Source: Octopus sinensis
Lineage: Eukaryota
Direction: 5' to 3'
DNA: 64,000 nt
Assembly: GCF_006345805.1 (NCBI RefSeq)
Contig: NC_042999.1
Coordinates: forward strand, 128,650,001-128,714,000
Below are positions 14,322-25,971 of this stretch, piece after piece. The position numbers were made by a program, and so were the translations under genes. The notes beneath the pieces were generated by a model. The model did no database searches and was not told the origin of the DNA. It was given only the letters and a program-made list of their open reading frames with translations. The stretch's first letter is position 1; each line of letters opens with the position of its first letter.

Positions 14322-15371
14322 GATAGATAGATAGATAGATAGATACACACACACACAGACACACACACACACACACACACACCACACACACACACACACA
14401 TACATACATACATACATACATACATACATACATACATACATACATACATACATAGATAGATAGATAGATAGATAGGTTGATATGAGTGAGATTCACATGT
14501 AGTAATTCTTTATGTCGAACTGAATAAATGAGATATTGTTATTGCTAAGATTTTCAAACCACAGTATTACATCCTCGGTACACTTCCATAGACTCTAGAC
14601 TTGGGTCTACGTTTTCCTTATTTTTAGGAATTACCCTGTCTTAAATATTCTTAATAATATAACTAATATCTGATTCTGAGGAGCAAATAAGTTACATGGA
14701 CAGGTTGAAGTAAAATCTATCTTATGGACCGTAAGATTCGGCTCATCTTTTTTCCCTTTGAAATTAGATATCGTCTGCATTAATAAGAATATTTTACATA
14801 GGCTCATTGCTAATATGTATGGAAGTGTATTATACTTTGGCCTCAAAAGCTTTAGTAATAAGAACAATAATTTACACACACACACACACATACATACACA
14901 CGCACACACGCGCGCGCGCGCACAGACAAACACACACTCATACACAAAAATAAACACACGCACACACATACACACACATATCTTTTTGTACGAGCGTATG
15001 TGTGAGAGAAAGAGACTGAAAAGGTAGGAGAGTGAATGTATAATTGTAATGATTATTCAGACCCCAGAGCGGATGTGAAGATTCATTTAGATTAAAAGGA
15101 AATAACATATGAACAGTGGATAGTATTTTAGTCCAAATGGCGACTTCTGTTTACTACGCATGTGAAAGATGTTTTCTCTGATCTGTGTAAGTGTGTGGGT
15201 TGAATGGATTGATTGAAGTCGCTCTGCGTTGTAATTCAACCTTGATACTTCTTCCTCTGGATAAGTTGCTCTGCACCAAAAATAAAAACAACAACAAATT
15301 CTTTATTAACGACAAGGGTTTACATTAAGAAAAACATTATGGACAGTACTAGAAAACTCATTAAACAAATT

Positions 15372-15599
15372 GAAATGGATCTTTTCCTTTTGATGGACGG
15401 AATTTTCTAGTTAACTAAACAATTTGAAACTTCGTATACTGGTAGAATGTGTCAAAAGAAAACAATATTGTAAACAAAATTGTAATTTGTAAGTTTAACG
15501 TAGTTTAATTCTTCGAATTTTAACCAATGAAATGCCAGCATTTGAGCTCAGATCATTTGCTGCGTCTAAAAACTCAGACAATATCCTCTTGCAACGTAA

Positions 15600-15630
<31 letters not shown>

Positions 15631-16610
15631 GTGTTATTCATCCTTCTCTCTTCTGTCTGTTTGATAAACAAAGGCGGAAGGAGGAGGCATGTGCTAGAAA
15701 TAACAGCTATATCTCTTAAATCGATGAATTTCGTCGCCCAATAAAAATATTAACGATATTTTTTTAATATTTTCTTTCTTTTTTTTTTAACGAAAAGGCT
15801 TCTCCCATGGTTTTGAAGAGCCAGAAACAACAAAAACAAAACAATAATATGCCTAAATCGGTCTAGAGGGTGCGCGTGGAGTGTGGGTCGTATTGTAAAA
15901 ATTTGAGAAATAGTTTTTCATAAAAGGATGCCCCAGCTTGTCGGAGGCTATGATATAGATTGGGAAAAAAATCCTCGACACCAGTGCGTAATTGGTACTT
16001 AATTTATCGACCCCGAAACGATGAAACATTGACCCCCCCCCCCACCTTCTGGTTTATTTACCTTTTGTGTAAATTTGTTGCGGCAAGGGGCAAAACACAG
16101 AGGGGACAAAGCATGAGATACAAAAGTATTAAGTCGATTCTATCGACACCAGTGCGAACTCACGAACGTGTATGTATGCTTGTGTGCGTATGTGTGTATG
16201 TATATCTCCGTTTGTATGTGTGTGTGTACGCTTATATATTAATTACTATGTGCTTGTGCAAATGTATATGCATGTGTTTGAGAGAGAGAGAGAGAGAGAG
16301 AGTGACAGAGTGTGTGTGTGTGTGTGTGTGCAAGTGTACGTGTGTATGTATCTGAATATATGTGTGTGCAAGTGTATGCGGCGTGCGTCTGCTATGTTTC
16401 TTTATCAATATCGATAACGCAGCAAATGATTTGAGCTCAAATGCTGGCATTTCATTGGTTAAAATTCGAAGAATTAAACTACGTTAAACTTACAAATTAC
16501 AATTTTGTTTACAATATTGTTTTCTTTTGACACATTCTACCAGTATACGAAGTTTCAAATTGTTTAGTTAACTAGGAAAATCTGGCCTTCAAAAGGAAAA
16601 GATCCATTTC
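15372..16610. repeat. Inverted repeat pair, 194 bp arms (15372-15565 and 16417-16610)
   Basis: The right arm is the reverse complement of the left with only a few mismatches. Confidence 0.9.
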
Positions 16611-17313
16611 CTAGTAATGTAAGTCACGATATAATTGTTTCTTTCTTATCTACAAATAAACCTATTCAGTTATTCAGAAAGAAATTCTTTTCTTTAATAT
16701 ATATACAGACGACAGATTGTCTTGACATTTAACGTTCATTTTGAAACAGCCTTCTTTCACAGAAAAATTATCTCATTCACCAGAGAACGTTGTGTTTGAA
16801 TGAATTTCATAATCTTCTGTAGAAAAAGAAATTGTCAAGTGTTCCTTAATCTATAAACTTCCATACAATCATTTTCACGTATACTAATATATGCATAAAG
16901 AAATTCATACTTTGAATATGAATTTTCATATACACTCTTGTCTTGTAAACGGCCATTGTACCGCTGACACCACAGATCGCTTCGGCGATATGCGCAGATG
17001 AATTCATACATTTTGGGACTGATCGCATATTGTCACACAGATAGCTTCTATAATTTCGGAGTAGTTTTTTTTTTTCTCACTCCCAGTCGGTAATATTACT
17101 ATTGTGTGGTAGGTTAAGAAATGATCAATTATTTCATTTAATCTTTGTGCAAAATCTATATTTTTCATATTATAATATTCGTTTGTTATACTTTTTTTTT
17201 TGCCGCTCGTGTTACAAAAGTCGTGACGGATATGAAGATATGTGTGTGTGTGTATGTGTATGGTCAGTTAATAAAGAAGCACACTCTAAAAAAATAGAGC
17301 AGTAATTATTACA

Positions 17314-17405
17314 ACAAAATTTTATATAGAGTTACCCAAGGTTTCCCACCCACAAGCCTCGGCTTGTGGGTGGGAAACCTTGAGTAACTCTATATAAAAT
17401 TTTGT
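17314..17405. repeat. 92 nt near-perfect palindrome (45 bp arms, 2 nt spacer, 1 mismatch)
   Basis: 17314-17358 pairs with 17361-17405; the single mismatch is C17336/A17383. Confidence 0.95.
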
Positions 17406-18110
17406 GGATACATTTAGAAAGTACTTCTTTGTGGTTGTTTAATGCGCGAGGCTTCTGAAAATCCTAATGAATTTTGGCTCTCTCCGTGATACATATCTTC
17501 CAACGGCCACTTCCATTAATATACGCGCCCGGAAAATCAATTAATTTCCACATTAACATCGCACGGGGTCCCTTGATCTTTGAGATTCCACACATGGCGG
17601 GCCAGAGACGTGACAAACCGTCTTTCTGTGACTCTGAAGGATAACTAGTGGTTAAAAAAACCTTTCTTGAACGAAGTACTCACAATATATTTATAAACAT
17701 GGGATGTGGTCCTATTCGCACTCCTGGTAACATTTGGCACGGGTCATCCATCGGTATCGAAGATGAATGTTTGGTCCTCATCTGAGGCGGCGGAACTGGG
17801 AATGGCAGACACCTCCTCCAAGTCTTTTTCTGGATAGATCAATGTTTCCAGGTGCAGCGTTTGTATTGGTCACTTCATCTGCATCTATGGTTTGTTCATT
17901 ATCCGTGGCGGTGGTATCGAGATCTTCGGTGATGCTGGTCTCGGCTTGGTTATTATCTCTGGGCGTGGCCACTGTATTGGCGAGAGACTCGGTTAATTTG
18001 CTGTTCGATGTTACATTACTTTTATTACGGATATTAGATTTAGTTATCACTGTAGCCTCATATGTGACACCTTCAGCCTCGCATCGGCCTCATACTGGAC
18101 AGTTATATGC
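17406..18110 (-). mobile_element. Penelope-like element GIY-YIG endonuclease remnant
   Basis: NCPV*GRCEAEGVTYEATV ... YKYIVSTSFKKGFFNH*LSFR...TSLARHVWNLKDQG...WKLI...CITER...LNNHKEVLSKCIHK resembles the PLE C-terminus; stops and frameshifts present. Confidence 0.65.
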
Positions 18111-18280
18111 AGTTGTTATTACAGGCGCATATGGAAACATGTAATGAAATGACGCATACAGTGGTAGCTTCTTTAATGAACCTATGAATATATTCATACG
18201 AAGTTATGTCGAACATATATACTCGTTGGAAACAGTCGTCACATGAACATATTTCAAAGAAAAAAAAAATACATGTATCA

Positions 18281-18353
18281 CGAGCTCGCCAGGAGTCGAA
18301 CCTGGATTCTCCTGATCCGTAGTCAGGCGCGTTATCCATTGCGCCACGAGCCC
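18281..18353 (-). tRNA. trnR-ACG: tRNA-Arg (anticodon ACG)
   Basis: GGGCTCGTGGCGCAATGGATAACGCGCCTGACTACGGATCAGGAGAATCCAGGTTCGACTCCTGGCGAGCTCG: 73 nt, complete cloverleaf, A and B boxes, poly-T terminator about 11 nt downstream. Confidence 0.97.
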
Positions 18354-18982
18354 ACCTGCGTTCTCTGTAATTTTAAATGACAATATGACAAAATCATCAA
18401 TTTAAATGTTTCATTTTATCGTTGGCGTTAGCTTTCCTTCCTCCAGTGGATTAAGAAGGTCTCAAATAATTTATTTCATCTTACAGCGTAACTTCTACTT
18501 GTCATTCAAAATCTCGTACTAATGTTCTACTTCGTTAGCAGGTCATATTGGCTGGCTCCTGACTGAAGTTATTATTTATTGAGGAAAACTGTAAATAGAG
18601 GTATTCTGATTAGGAGAATCACTCTTCTGGACATGTACATAATGTAATCACGCAAATGAACTTGTACATATTGAAATCACGCAAATGCCAGCTTGCATAT
18701 ACTATGAAGACAGCGGGATGAAAAAATATGTTAAGTTTTTATTGTAAATGAAAACTGTTTGAAATATGAAGGAAATTGGACATGGATAAATAATAATTGG
18801 GCATGGTACCACAATGCTTTGTAGTAATATTAAATGAATTATTGGAAGGTGTCTTAATTCAGAGCAGGAAAGGCGCGTATCCTTAACAAGAGAGTTCGTA
18901 TAACAATTTAACATTGTATCATATTATAAGTTAGATTGGCAGAAACTTCTGTACATTTTGGGATGCTATTATAATTCTTCGT

Positions 18983-19232
18983 GGAGGCGCGTGGCTTAGT
19001 AGTTAGGGTGTCAGCATCATGATCGTAAGATTGTGGTTTCGATTCCTGGACCGGGCGACGCGTTGTGATCTTGAGTAAAACACTTCATTTCACGTTGCTC
19101 CAGTCCACTCAGCTGGCAAAAATGAGTAACGCTGCGATGGACTGGCGTCCCGTCCAGCTGGGGAACACATACGCCATTGAAACCGGGTAACCGGGCTCAT
19201 GAGCTTGGCTAGGCTTTAAAAGGGCGCATTTA
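18983..19232 (+). mobile_element. tRNA-derived SINE, family C
   Basis: A-box TGGCTTAGTAGTT, B-box-like GGTTTCGATTCC, central CACGTTGCTCCAGTCCACTCAGCT; related copy at ~58378-58700. Confidence 0.7.
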
Positions 19233-20365
19233 TTTTCATTTTATTATAATTCTTCTGTTGAAAATAGCCAAATTGGTTGAAATGCACCTCTTGGATAATC
19301 AATACAAGGAATGACCTGACAATGGGGAGGAATAGCATCCTAAACATAGTGAAAGGGGAAGGTGATGCTAAAAGTTCAAAAACCATTGTTATGTACGTAT
19401 ATATACCGTAGTTTTCAATGTATGACATGCGGTTTCTTTCTGCCAAATGGGTCTTATGCAGTTGTTATTACCGGATGCTCGGGATATTTTCGGACTATTT
19501 TTGTTTCTCATTTGTTTTGTAACCAATTGATCAACTAATATATTTTCATGTGTATTTATTGCATCCCAATGGGGTATTACATGGATTAAGTTGTGATTTT
19601 CGGGGTTACGGGTCTATGAGTGTTGTGGTTCATAGTCCTGAAATTACGGTACATGAATGTATGTCATTTTTTCCATGTTAATTATCCTACATTTTATAGA
19701 GGACCACGAATCATCGAAAAAAGGGTAAGGAGATTGACATGTAAAATTTTTTGAAAAGTTTGAGAACCAGTGAATTAGAAGAATGGAATAAATCTTTCCA
19801 CACCTGACACGCGCGGATTTTATATAGACTTTTGATGTAACAAAGTTTAAACCTCCGTAGAACAGTTAAAGTATTGAACGATGCAGTTGCTGAACATGTA
19901 TGCTAATTTTGTATTGTAGGTAAATGAATACACATCATTGAATATATATATATAAATTTTCAAAGTTTTAAGTTACAAAGATTACAAATCTCAACAGTGA
20001 AATCTCGAATTTTCATACCCTTTGCAGCACAAGACACATGCGTAACATTCTCTGTTACATGATATCACTACATAACCTGTAATTGTCGTATAATGTAGCA
20101 TTACACTTAGTACATCCTCTCTCTCTAACAAATATAACACAAATACTGACGTAGCAGATAACAGCCATCCTTCGGCCCCTTATGCCCAGCTGCATCAAAC
20201 TTGGTGCATAAGAAAATTGGACATTTCGTTCTTAATGACCTGATATATATGTTCTAGTTCATTATATAAACTACCACACTGATTTATAGTATAAGTATCA
20301 CCAGCTACTCTGATGGAAGACGAAGTGTTAAAACAGAATCAATAATTTATATTAATATAAAATTC

Positions 20366-20371
20366 TTTATT
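20366..20371 (-). promoter_or_regulatory. Candidate MCM2 polyadenylation signal AATAAA
   Basis: About 120 nt downstream of the MCM2 stop codon. Confidence 0.5.
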
Positions 20372-20489
20372 TCATATAATATACAAATGTCATTGACAAT
20401 TATTAAAAGAAAAGAAATAAAGATGTGTTCAAATGAAACAACTATGTACAGCTTTAGTTGAAATTGAGTCAAGTATGTGGTTGGTTTCT

Positions 20490-20600
20490 TTATACAGTTT
20501 GAATGATTAGCTTTCTCTTAGAGTCATGGCTAAAGCGATGAGTTCTGAACAGATCACTATCAAAGAATGTTGTCAAACTGTAGATGTTGATTTGTCTTGC
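20490..20600 (-). CDS. MCM2: MCM2 exon 19 (terminal coding)
   Basis: [36 protein letters not shown]; AG acceptor. Confidence 0.95.
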   Translation of the reverse strand, partial: ARQINIYSLTTFFDSDLFRTHRFSHDSKRKLIIQTV

Positions 20601-23600
20601 CTGCAAAAGAAAAAGCATAGAAAGAAAAATATATTTATAGCAAAATAAAGTCTTATGTCAATAGAACGGAACAATCTTAACACTTATATCAACATGTTTC
20701 ATACAAACTTTCTATCAAAAGTGATCTACATCAAAACTTTCTTTCAAAATTTCATGCTATGACCATGTATGAGTTAATTAAATTCTTTATTTTCAAAATT
20801 TATTGAAATAAAGGCAGTGTATTTCAAAAGAAACAGAAAGGGTTAAAAAACTAGCATTTTTTTTCTTAGATACAAATTATATACTCATTAGCATAAACAC
20901 ACCCCAAAATCACCATTCTATACATACAGAACATTTTTGATTTACAGGTTTCAAAGACTAATATGTTCATAACCTAATGACTTATCAAGAATATTTATGG
21001 TCCATGAACAAATATAACTAATCTAATTTGAACCTATTTTTAATTGCATAAAACATTTATGCATATATATGCAAATTTCTGAATATTTTTCTCCAAAAAG
21101 AGTGGCTTTTCTGCTTTTGTTTTTTCATAAGTGCTGACAAAATGAATATCTTAAACACACATTGGTTAACAAACCATCTCTATTTCTGACATTCCATTAC
21201 ACACATTGTTTTTATCTTCAACTTCATCCAGTTTTCAGGTCACCAATCTAAGTTTGTCTCCAAATATTTCATGGTAAGCCACTGTGTTATATTACTAAAT
21301 TCAAACTTACAAACATAATGCCTACACAGCAATCCTGAATTCTGGTAAGCTTAATCAAACAGTTAATAGCCTAGTATTTGTATATCAGTTAAAATGACAG
21401 CAAGTAAGTTGACAATGTCAGAACTACATAAGTGACATTATTATTATTTTAAAAAATAACTTAGAAACATTTTCATAACATATTTGAAAACATGACAAAG
21501 GGTGAGGCTAAAATACAAAATCAAGTTAAAATTAGATAAAAAAAAAAAATAATTATCTCACTTTATCAGCCAAGTCCTTTTCTGATATCTCTATCTGTTC
21601 TTGCTGAAGACCAAACCGATTTCTTTGGAATGACATTTGGTCTTGAGCAAGTTGTTTCAAGATGAAAAGCAATAACTCATTGTTGTCTTTACGGAATGTC
21701 AAGTACTGACTGAAGGTCTGAAAACCAAAGAAATGAAAATTAGAAGAATATCTATAGTAAAGTTTATGAAAAGAATGACCACATTCAAGAAAGCTTTAGC
21801 TCAAGTTAGTCTTCATATGACTTCAAATTTTTTCATCATGTCTCTAATCAAGGTAGATTAATTGAAGTCAAATCTAGATGAGGAAGTGATACCACTTTGA
21901 AGAATTTAGATACAAATAACCAAATCTGCAGACTTGACCAGTTCATATCTATAGTGTGGAAAATTAAATGGCAAAATATATTTTTGTTTCAGTCTGCAGC
22001 TATGCTGGAACACCACCTTAAAGGGCTTTAGTTGAAGAAATTAATCCCAAGACTTATTCTTTGCATGCCTAATACTTATATTGGTACCTTCTGCCAAACC
22101 ACTAAGTTACAGGGACATAAACACATCAGCATCAGTTGTCAAGTGATGGCAAGGGTACAAATACAGACACATACACACACACATATATATATACACACAA
22201 TGTTTTTCATCTACCAAATCCACTCACAAGGCTACAGTAGAAGACACTTGCCCAAGATGCCATGCAGTGGGACTGAACCCAGAACCATAAAAAAGAAAAA
22301 AAACTGTTTACTTACTTTTCTCATACTTCTCATTACACTGAACTTCTGCGTATTGATGAAACTCTCAAGCATGACACGGATAGCCATGTTGACATCATCT
22401 TCATTGACATAGTCACGCAGATGCATTCGGGCATGAGCTTCAGCCATACGAATCATTGATTCAATATGACGAACTGTAATTGGTATACTTCCAGTTGACT
22501 GAGGAATGAAACAAATGCTTTTGATAATTAAAGTAAATCATATTAGTGTATACAAATATAGTATATTCTCTCTCTCCCTATACAATATTCAATACCTAAA
22601 TACATGACATATCTGGATCCATCACCTGAGTCACAAGGAAGGTTTTCTGCAGGCAAAAGAACTGAGCCAGGATTCATCACCTGGGCCAGTAGAAGTGACA
22701 GAGGAAGGATACATGTTGGTGGACTAACGACTGTTGCATGTAATGAGAGAATTTTCAGATTGGTTTATTTTTTGGATGCAATCGAAAATATGTGACCCAC
22801 ACTTGTTGGACATTTTCTAGCTTTTAAGTTCAAGCCTGAACAATTTTGGTTATGTTATTAACAATGAAAGGTAAACTTTGTGAAGCTTAGGATATTGTAA
22901 AAGTTTTATTTGTGCTATTATTTTTAAGGTTCTTTCTATAGCCAGCACTGATTTCTGCTACGTTTTGCATCGAGACAGATGTAAACAAGTAATGAGATTG
23001 GAGACAAAAGTGGGTAATGAGTGTATATGCCATATTTCAGGAGGCTGTTGCCCTTTCATTAGCAGCCATCTAACCCACTTGTCTCCGAACACATTGCTTA
23101 TATAGCCACTGCATACAGCGGTGTTAATCATCATCATCGTTTAACGTCCGTTCTCCATGCTAGCATGGGTTGGACGGTTCGACCGGGGATCTGGGAAGCC
23201 AGAAGGCTGCACCAGGCTCCAGTCTTATCTGGCAATGTTTCTACAGCTGGATGCCCTTCCTAACGCCAGGATATACCAATCTACATATCAGACGCATTCC
23301 TGGAACTGGTATGTAAATATTGAAGATTTGTAGATACATGGCACTTTGTTATGCAAACACAATATACTATGAAGTATACTAAATGTCTTTATAAGTCAGT
23401 ACCACATCCTACTGCATCAGCAGTGCTTGTTACATTATTTGCTACATTTCATAGATGTCAGATGAAGGAGCAACAACCCCCAAAATATGGCATATACACT
23501 CATTACCCACTTTTGTCTCCGATCTCATTGCCTCTTTACATCTGATGTCTCAAAATGAAATGTAGCAAAAATCAGTGCTAGCTGTAGTTTCTATAGAATA

Positions 23601-24716
23601 TCTGTAGAAACAACCTCAAAAATAATGTAAACAAGCACTGCTGATGCAATAGGATGTGGTACTGACTTATAAAAACATTGAGTATATTGTGTTTACATAA
23701 TGAAGTGCCACATACCTACAAACCTTCAATGTTTTATTTGTGCTGTTCACAAGCTGTAATTTTATACATGTGACATTTTTAATATATGCAATGACAGTGT
23801 CTTGGTAATGTTAAGATACATCAGGATAATAGAAAGTGAGTTGGAAAGAGCTTCATAGACTGACAGGAATTTCTGATCAAAGAGACGAGAGAGAGCTGAA
23901 ACCTATAACTGGACAATGGTAAGCCAGAGGTTTCTAGTATTGAAAACTAATATAATTTTGTTTAACTCTTTCATTTCTGTAATTCATTCCTTGTGTTTCA
24001 ATTCACCCAGAACTTAACTAGTTTCATAAAACAATTACAACTTTTTTTGATGATTAATATATTAATGTCATGATTGGAACTGAGAAGGCTCTTACGTAAA
24101 TATATTGATGAAAATTTTTCCCTCGAAACAATTTTAATTACAGGTAAAGACAATTCAATGAAATGCAAAATCATTTAAATTTTGTTTAAACAATGTAAAA
24201 TTAGTAGCCAATAGCTACGGGTTTTATAAAAAAAGGGTTAAATGAAAAGCAGATGTAAACATTCTTACTACATTAAGTGTAATTAGGAAGAACATACCAT
24301 TGACTCACGACGCAACTCTGCATACATCTTGGCTACTTTGTCTTGATCCATTTGATGTAGTTTTGGAGAAGTTTTCTCTTTGGCATAAATGACGTATTTC
24401 CGCAGCAATTCTTGAGGTATAGGTTCAATACCAGAAACATTTAAGGAAACCTAAAAGAAAAATAAAACAGGTTTGAACAAGCAAAAAGAAATTCAGGAAA
24501 GGAATAATCTTCAAACTTTAACACATTTTAGTATCCACTCCATTAAAAAAAAAAAAAAAAAGGTAATCCTTCATTACTATAAAATTCTAAGGGGTATCTG
24601 AAAATCCTATATCAGGAGGCACAGGAATGGTTGTGTGGAAGTATCTTCTTCTGTAGCCTCGAGCCAACCAAAGCCTTGTGAGTGGATTTGGTAGACGGAA
24701 ACTGAAAGAAGTCCGT

Positions 24717-24759
<43 letters not shown>

Positions 24760-25935
24760 TAGCAGTATCGCCCGGCGTTGCTCGGGTTGTAAGGGAAATA
24801 ACTATATAAGCATTTTTAGAGAGTTATAGCCAAAAAATAGCAAAAAAATGCATTAAAAATTGAAAAAAAATTAAGGTAAATTTTTTTTTAAATCGTTGAC
24901 ACATCGTAGATATTTTTAGAGAGTTACTTCCCTTATATAAAAGCGAAAAAAATGCATTAAAATGGAAAAATATGATGGTAAATTTTTTTTAAATCGTAGA
25001 CTCATCGTAGACGCGCGCTAATACCCAGAAGGGCTCGATATGAATCACGACTATAAGATACCCGCTTTTGGTTAAACTGCACCGCAAAATGTGGGAGTAG
25101 TTACGAATCTAAATCGAAGGGGACAGACACACAACTTCACTCTTATATAAAGATGCTTTTTTTTTTTTTAGTCATAGAGTTAGATTTATGAAGGTCTTCA
25201 GTAGAAAATCCTTCGAATTCTGACTCGCTGCTTTATATAATGAAATTCGTATCCATTTTTTGTCAGAATTACAAATTTTGAAAACACAATAGGAACAAAT
25301 TTCGGAAAAAAATCTCCCATAATTCACGGAATTAAAATTACACTTCGATTTTTGTACAAAACTGTATTTGAAGTGTTTACGAAGTATAATACGTGTTTTC
25401 ACGAATGTACTAAAGAGATTTACTCTGATATTCTCATTTAAATATGAATAGGTAAATTCGGGCGGTTTGGTAACGAAAGGGTTTATATAAGTGTCGTCTG
25501 TTTATACATAAACACTGTTTCATACTTTCAGTTTAGTCTTCCTCAGATCACTCTGTCGCTAATTTACTCTCTTCCAAGAACATTTTCACTCACTCTTATC
25601 TGTTAGCTTCCCATACATTTTACTCATGTATCTATCAGCGTGATAGACAGAAACAAATATTACATCTAGTTTCACTTTATTCGTTGCACACTGTGTGTGT
25701 GCGTTTGCGTGTGGTGTAAACCAGACTAAGAAAAGCATTTGACACACACACCAGAATGTGAGTTTTCTGTAAATTTTGCTTAATTGGAGTTTAAATTTTA
25801 AAAACTGGACCTGGCATGACGCGATGCATTCTACTCTTAAAAATGCTAGGTAAATTGTAATTGAAGAAATCCTATATTGTAGATTTCTATAACTCCCAAA
25901 GGGAGGCAGATAAAATCTGCCTTTTATAATAAGAG

Positions 25936-25971
<36 letters not shown>

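Noticed and set aside
16700-17028. ORF 16846-17028 and a neighbouring frame as a possible zinc-finger gene remnant
   Set aside because: No C2H2 pattern or linker; several stops
18983-19060. tRNA-like heads of SINEs as tRNA genes
   Set aside because: A and B boxes are present but there is no full cloverleaf, and the sequence continues into a multi-copy SINE body
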